Part shown: in pieces, positions 39,825 through 40,624 of the stretch
Numbering within the stretch: the first letter of the stretch is position 1
Layout of the letters: each line of letters opens with the position of its first letter
NCBI GenBank assembly: GCA_002753495.1
Contig: PEAJ01000003.1
Span: forward strand, 1 to 40,624
Reading direction: 5' to 3'
DNA length: 40,624 bases
Source: Magnetococcales bacterium HA3dbin3
GTDB lineage: Bacteria; Pseudomonadota; Magnetococcia; Magnetococcales; DC0425bin3
Translations under genes and position numbers: made by a program
The notes under the pieces: model-generated
Database searches by the model: none
What the model was told of the DNA's origin: nothing
What the model saw: only the letters and a program-made list of their open reading frames with translations

Positions 39825-40624
39825 GGCAGCCCCCGCAGTGTCTCTTTGATGGAGTCGACCATGCCCTTGATCTGCTCGCGCGGCGCAAGCACCGATCCGA
39901 CACCTTTACCATTGATCACAATCTCATGCCGTACGACGTTTGCCTCTAATGCGCTTGGCGTGCCGCCCGATCCGCCGGCAGCGAAGGCCGGAGCAGGGAT
40001 GGCGGGGATGGTCAGGCGTGGGATTTCCGCCGTGAAATCATGGCCGGCATTCAGCCACGCCTGCATCCGGTCGGGCGGTGGCGGTGTAAACCCGGGCGGC
40101 CACGCGCCTTGCGCGTGGCTAGATTGAGATTGCCATGAGCTTAGGCGGTTAACAGCGGAGCCTCTCCAGAAATCATCGAAACCGCCCATCTGTTCGATAT
40201 ATGCTTCGGGACTTGATGGAACTTCGAGCTTTTCACCCTGCTTAGCTAACGAAAGAAGCCACTTTTCTCGCCATCCAGTCGTATGGCCAGGATGATGTTT
40301 TGCCGTGTTTTCCTCGTCTACAAGAGTCCCTAGATGCCGATTTTCTGGTTGCTCGGGCGCAGAGCCAAGATACTGCTTTTCCAGCACCCTGCCCTCCTTG
40401 TCCATAAGGGCTATCCAGGATCGCTCTTTTGGCTGTCCGGGCGCAGAGCCAAGATACTGCTTTTCCAGCATCCTGCCATTTTTATCCACAGATGCTATCC
40501 AGGATCGCTCTTTTGGCTGTCCGGGCGCAGAGCCAAGATACTGCTTTTCCAGCATCCTGCCCTCCTTGTCCATAAGGGCTATCCAGGATCGCTCTTTTGC
40601 TCCCCCGTCGCCAGCGCGAGGCTT
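39821..40624 (-). CDS. C-terminal part of a probable tape-measure protein (5' end outside the window)
   Basis: Frame stays open to the window edge; position upstream of the distal tail genes; ATGA overlap with the next gene. Confidence 0.5.
   Translation of the reverse strand, partial: KPRAGDGGAKERSWIALMDKEGRMLEKQYLGSAPGQPKERSWIASVDKNGRMLEKQYLGSAPGQPKERSWIALMDKEGRVLEKQYLGSAPEQPENRHLGTLVDEENTAKHHPGHTTGWREKWLLSLAKQGEKLEVPSSPEAYIEQMGGFDDFWRGSAVNRLSSWQSQSSHAQGAWPPGFTPPPPDRMQAWLNAGHDFTAEIPRLTIPAIPAPAFAAGGSGGTPSALEANVVRHEIVINGKGVGSVLAPREQIKGMVDSIKETLRGLP
40310..40599 (-). repeat. 84-bp (28-aa) coding tandem repeat, 3 copies plus a degenerate partial
   Basis: GCCAAGATACTGCTTTTCCAGCA at 40364, 40448 and 40532; peptide unit DKEGRMLEKQYLGSAPGQPKERSWIAxx. 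Confidence 0.95.

Larger units (their letters stand above)
29208..40624 (-). mobile_element. Prophage (tail/fibre operon plus terminal accessory cassette), truncated by the window end; possibly Mu-like
   Basis: Tightly coupled minus-strand operon of phage-like structural genes with ATGA/TAATG overlaps. The left boundary is inferred from the repeat blocks; no transposase or integrase is visible in the window. Confidence 0.75.

Noticed and set aside
40310-40599. 84-bp repeats as a CRISPR array
   Set aside because: The whole unit repeats in frame within an ORF and there are no unique spacers.

Overview
GC-rich proteobacterial chromosome segment; the host lineage cannot be fixed from this window. 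1-8.9 kb: housekeeping block carA-carB-greA-rlmE-guaB-guaA, with a 149-bp MITE-like palindromic element between carB and greA. 8.9-12.3 kb: an AAA-ATPase + subtilisin-like S8 protease pair (IetAS-type toxin-antitoxin/defence module) directly after guaA; the protease gene is split by a one-base frameshift in an A7 run. 12.5-18.6 kb: two secreted proteins, ndk-rlmN and a partial yejE-yejF ABC transporter. 18.6-25.0 kb: a membrane class III nucleotide cyclase followed by a GT-C-like membrane protein, with a diverged 2648-bp tandem duplication. 25-29 kb: a Sel1-repeat gene between two related MITE-like elements, tRNA-Lys(UUU) with a possible att scar, and moaC-moaA. From about 29.2 kb to the window end: one end of a prophage, with TGT-led pairs of 22-bp repeats resembling a transposable (Mu-like) phage terminus, a plus-strand accessory cassette and a minus-strand tail/fibre operon. 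The best candidate for an undescribed system is that cassette (29.4-32.0 kb). It has two copies of a strong promoter plus structured 5' leader, three ORFan genes and an Aca-like HTH regulator, which is the layout of an anti-CRISPR/anti-defence operon.
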